A DNA stretch of 64,000 nucleotides from Clostridia bacterium (lineage in GTDB: Bacteria; Bacillota; Clostridia; Oscillospirales; CAG-272): the NCBI GenBank assembly GCA_017547755.1, contig JAFYOX010000117.1, forward strand, positions 7,684 to 71,683, in the 5' to 3' direction. Of this stretch, positions 61,427 to 64,000 are shown in pieces. A program made the translations under genes and the position numbers. The first letter of the stretch is position 1. Each line of letters opens with the position of its first letter. The notes beneath the pieces were generated by a model that worked only from the letters and a program-made list of their open reading frames with translations, was not told where the DNA came from and did not search any database.

Positions 61427-63664
61427 GTGAAAAAAAGTTATTGGAAATTAATAGCCGCTCTCCTGACGGCGGGGCTTCTGACGGCCTGTCAGTCCGGTGA
61501 CGGGGCGGGAGATGCCGGAACTGTTCTTCCTGAAACGGAAGTACCCGCGGAAAACACCGTGATCACCACTCCCGCGGACGATGTCCCGGCGGCGGAACCC
61601 GTACAGGAAGACGGTGAAAAGAAGGTCACGTTTGTTTCCGGAACGTCGTTTTCCGGAACGAAGCGTCCGACGGTGGACAGCGATGCCCGTTATCTGCCGG
61701 AAGAGGCTGTGGATGCGCCGCAGAGCGGAAAGATCGTATATTCCGTCAATTATCAGCCGGCAGGGAAGGTGGAAGGTTCCGCCGTTCAGTCGGCGGGCAG
61801 CGCTTCTTCGGAAGTGAGAGCCGTTCCCGCACTCGGCTATAAGTTCGTGAAGTGGAGCGACGGCGTTACGGATGCTGTCCGTTCCGGCGATACCGCAGAA
61901 GGTGTTTATACTGCGATTTTCGATTACGCCGTGCTGGATATGCCCATCATCGTCATCAACACCGACGACGGCAACGGAATCAAATCCAAGACGGAATACG
62001 AAAACGCGAAATTCTCCATCCTCGGATGTGAACAGAAGTATCAGATCGACGAAATCGTCACGGAGATCCGCGGACGCGGGAACAATTCGTGGGGATATCC
62101 GAAGAAGTCCTACAAGTTCAAGCTTTCCGAAAAGCAGAATCTGTTCGGCCTTGCCAACGGCAAGGAAAAGATCTGGGTGCTTCTCGCCAACCAATGCGAC
62201 CAGTCCCTGCAGAGAAACCATACGGCATATGAATTCGCGCGGTACTTTGACGCGGTCGCATGGCAGCCGAACTCCCTGTCCGTGGAAGTGTATCTGAACG
62301 GCGAATATGACGGGGTCTATCTCCTTGCGGAAGAAATCAAGATTTCGGGAGACCGCGTGAATGTGGACGACCGGAACATCAACGAAGTGGATACCGGTTA
62401 TCTCGTGGAACTTTCCAACTACGCTTCCGGCGAAGTCATCTATGCGGCCGGACGGAGCTACATGATCCACAACGACCTTTCTTCCGATCCTTCGATCATG
62501 AAGCAGCAGAGAGAATTCATCGCGGATTATCTCGACCAATGTTATAACGCGCTTTCCGGCGGTACCATGGAAGAATGCGCGGAACTGATCGACCTGGATT
62601 CCCTTGTGGCGATCTATCTTGCGGAAGAAATGGTCAAGAACCTCGACTCCCAGTGGGACAGCTTCTATCTGCACAAGGATGCCGGCGGCAAGCTGGTATT
62701 CGGCCCGATCTGGGACTTTGACCTGTCCCTCGGCAACGCCAACGAAGGCGCGGAAGAATACACCGATATCTTTGTCGGCAACGGACGGGGCAGCGGCGGC
62801 AGTTTCAGCACATGGTTCGCGGTTGCGCTCACACAGGAATGGTTCCGTCAGATGGTTGCGGACAAATGGGCGGAAATTTACGACAGCATCAGCCTCATGC
62901 CGCAGTTCATTCTGGATGAAGGTCAGCTCGGCCTCCGTTCCTACGAAAGAAACTTTGAACGCTGGCAGATCTTCGGCACGGTCCAGAACCGTGAAACGCA
63001 TTATATCACGCGCCTGAAGACCTATCAGGAACATTACGAATACCTTGCAGAATGGCTCACGAACCGTCTCGAATGGCTGAACGGCGTCTTCACGGACGCA
63101 GCGTTTGTCACGGACGGCAAGGAGATCATGATGGTTCAGTGGATGAAGCAGGCCGGCGGAAATCCGTGGGGCAATCAGACGTCCAGCTACGGCAATGACG
63201 CGGCGGAAGAACTCGCCGGAATCTATGACAATCTGGAAATGTACGTCAAGGGAAGCTCGGCGGACGGTCCGGAAGGTTTCCCGGGCGAAGGTGTCCGCAA
63301 CCTCTTCGACAGCGACAAGGGCAGCAAGTACTGCGTGGAAATCAACGGGGAATTCGAAGTCACGGTAGACTTCAAGCGTGCGCATACGGTCAAGGCGTAT
63401 ATGCTGCGGACCGGCAACGATACGCGCGATTATTCTTCCCGCAACCCCGATTCCTGGGCACTGTACGGACGTTCCGGTACGTCGGATGAATGGGTTCTCA
63501 TCGATGAGGTGACGGACGGCGAAGAAAGTCTCGGCCCGACGAACCAGCTCTGGTACGGCTTCGAAGTGGACGAACCGACGCAATACCGCTATTACAAGTT
63601 TGTATTCCGCGAAACCGGCGGCATCATGCAGCTCTCCGAAATCCGCTTCCTCGGCGACGAATAA
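61427..63664 (+). CDS. CotH-family protein kinase lipoprotein with Listeria-Bacteroides-type repeat and C-terminal discoidin (F5/8 type C) domain
   Basis: ORF track gives 61355..63664. I place the start at the in-frame GTG 61427 (VKKSYWKLIAALLTAGLLTAC lipobox). CotH motifs are IRGRGNNSWGYPKKSYKFKL, VLLANQCDQSLQRN and VYLNGEYDGVYLLAEE. GYKFVKWSDG is the repeat. The C-terminus is discoidin-like (NLFDSDKGSKYC...YYKFVF...LSEIRFLG). Confidence 0.8.
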   Translation: MKKSYWKLIAALLTAGLLTACQSGDGAGDAGTVLPETEVPAENTVITTPADDVPAAEPVQEDGEKKVTFVSGTSFSGTKRPTVDSDARYLPEEAVDAPQSGKIVYSVNYQPAGKVEGSAVQSAGSASSEVRAVPALGYKFVKWSDGVTDAVRSGDTAEGVYTAIFDYAVLDMPIIVINTDDGNGIKSKTEYENAKFSILGCEQKYQIDEIVTEIRGRGNNSWGYPKKSYKFKLSEKQNLFGLANGKEKIWVLLANQCDQSLQRNHTAYEFARYFDAVAWQPNSLSVEVYLNGEYDGVYLLAEEIKISGDRVNVDDRNINEVDTGYLVELSNYASGEVIYAAGRSYMIHNDLSSDPSIMKQQREFIADYLDQCYNALSGGTMEECAELIDLDSLVAIYLAEEMVKNLDSQWDSFYLHKDAGGKLVFGPIWDFDLSLGNANEGAEEYTDIFVGNGRGSGGSFSTWFAVALTQEWFRQMVADKWAEIYDSISLMPQFILDEGQLGLRSYERNFERWQIFGTVQNRETHYITRLKTYQEHYEYLAEWLTNRLEWLNGVFTDAAFVTDGKEIMMVQWMKQAGGNPWGNQTSSYGNDAAEELAGIYDNLEMYVKGSSADGPEGFPGEGVRNLFDSDKGSKYCVEINGEFEVTVDFKRAHTVKAYMLRTGNDTRDYSSRNPDSWALYGRSGTSDEWVLIDEVTDGEESLGPTNQLWYGFEVDEPTQYRYYKFVFRETGGIMQLSEIRFLGDE

Positions 63665-63706
63665 ACGATAAAAGGGGTTTGGATAAAGAACCCCGGAAAA
63701 TATTTT

Positions 63707-63740
63707 CGGCTGTCCCGTATTCGGGACAGCCGATTTTTTG
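63707..63740. terminator. Bidirectional intrinsic terminator
   Basis: CGGCTGTCCCGtatTCGGGACAGCCG plus ATTTTTTG. It is preceded by a second small hairpin GGGGTTtggataaagAACCCC (63673-63695). Confidence 0.75.
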
Positions 63741-63751
63741 TGTTTTCTGAT

Positions 63752-64000
63752 TTACCGGAACCGCATTGCGTAGATCTCCGCGTCGCGCATGGTGAAGTCG
63801 AAGCGGACGGTCTTTCCCTGAAGGTCGGACAGCGGACGGTCGAAGTCCACGATCCGTTCGGGGGAATCCCCGAAGATCTCACAGGTACGGAAGCCTTCGA
63901 GCGGCAGTCCCTTTTCGTCGAGGATCTGCAGGAAGATGCCGCCTCTTGCCGATGTTCGGAAATTGAGCAGGAGTTCCTCACCTTCAAACGTGAACGCGGG
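63752..64000 (-). CDS. C-terminal 82 codons of an unidentified protein (5' end beyond the window), beta-sandwich-like tail
   Basis: Not in the ORF track because it is open-ended. My translation is PAFTFEGEELLLNFRTSARGGIFLQILDEKGLPLEGFRTCEIFGDSPERIVDFDRPLSDLQGKTVRFDFTMRDAEIYAMRFR*. The ending resembles C-terminal domains of glycosidase-type proteins, but no family can be assigned. Confidence 0.45.
   Translation of the reverse strand, partial: PAFTFEGEELLLNFRTSARGGIFLQILDEKGLPLEGFRTCEIFGDSPERIVDFDRPLSDLQGKTVRFDFTMRDAEIYAMRFR

Noticed and set aside
1-64000. A search for defence islands, prophage, integrative elements, toxin-antitoxin pairs, retrons, DGRs, tRNA/rRNA genes or CRISPR.
   Set aside because: I could recognise no integrase, transposase, recombinase, reverse transcriptase, nuclease-helicase defence signatures, phage structural genes, tRNA-like GGTTCGAAT-type arms or spacer-repeat arrays on either strand. 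The window reads as core chromosome plus a carbohydrate-utilisation block, so I am not asserting any such system.

Overview
This is a 64-kb chromosomal segment that looks like a high-GC, spore-forming Firmicute; the Clostridia-like assignment is an inference from gene content. It holds about 50 densely packed protein genes. From the left: arginine biosynthesis (partial argJ, argC, argH, argG), two NodB deacetylases, ychF, and a VTC-domain/DUF4956 pair in one operon with an OmpR/HisKA two-component system and a THUMP methyltransferase. Next come a GerA/SpoVAF-type germination protein, MarR plus a heterodimeric ABC exporter, a SpoIID-domain protein, an orphan ParC/GyrA-like subunit, prfA-tsaC-GH125, eda, an M18 aminopeptidase, SLT, coaE, and MarR plus an acyl-CoA ligase. 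The last ~26 kb (37.7-63.7 kb) is a block of mostly cytoplasmic glycoside hydrolases (GH38, two GH43, GH27/36-like, GH5-like). These are interleaved with phosphoesterase-type enzymes, a URO-D-like protein, a nucleoside-hydrolase-like protein, a dehydrogenase/lactonase pair and a CotH kinase lipoprotein. I saw no rRNA, tRNA, CRISPR array, integrase/transposase or recognisable defence gene, so I cannot point to a clear novel system. Four things are least explained by ordinary annotation. (i) Two 419-bp, ~95 percent identical non-coding direct repeats, each with its own divergent promoters and a terminator-like hairpin, bracket a GH43 gene cassette. (ii) A six-member family of ~50-bp palindromic REP-like/terminator modules shows compensatory stem changes. 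(iii) The VTC/DUF4956 + two-component operon is uncharacterised. (iv) The glycosidase block is phosphoesterase-rich and has no transporter or regulator. All family calls come from motif recognition by eye, not from database searches.
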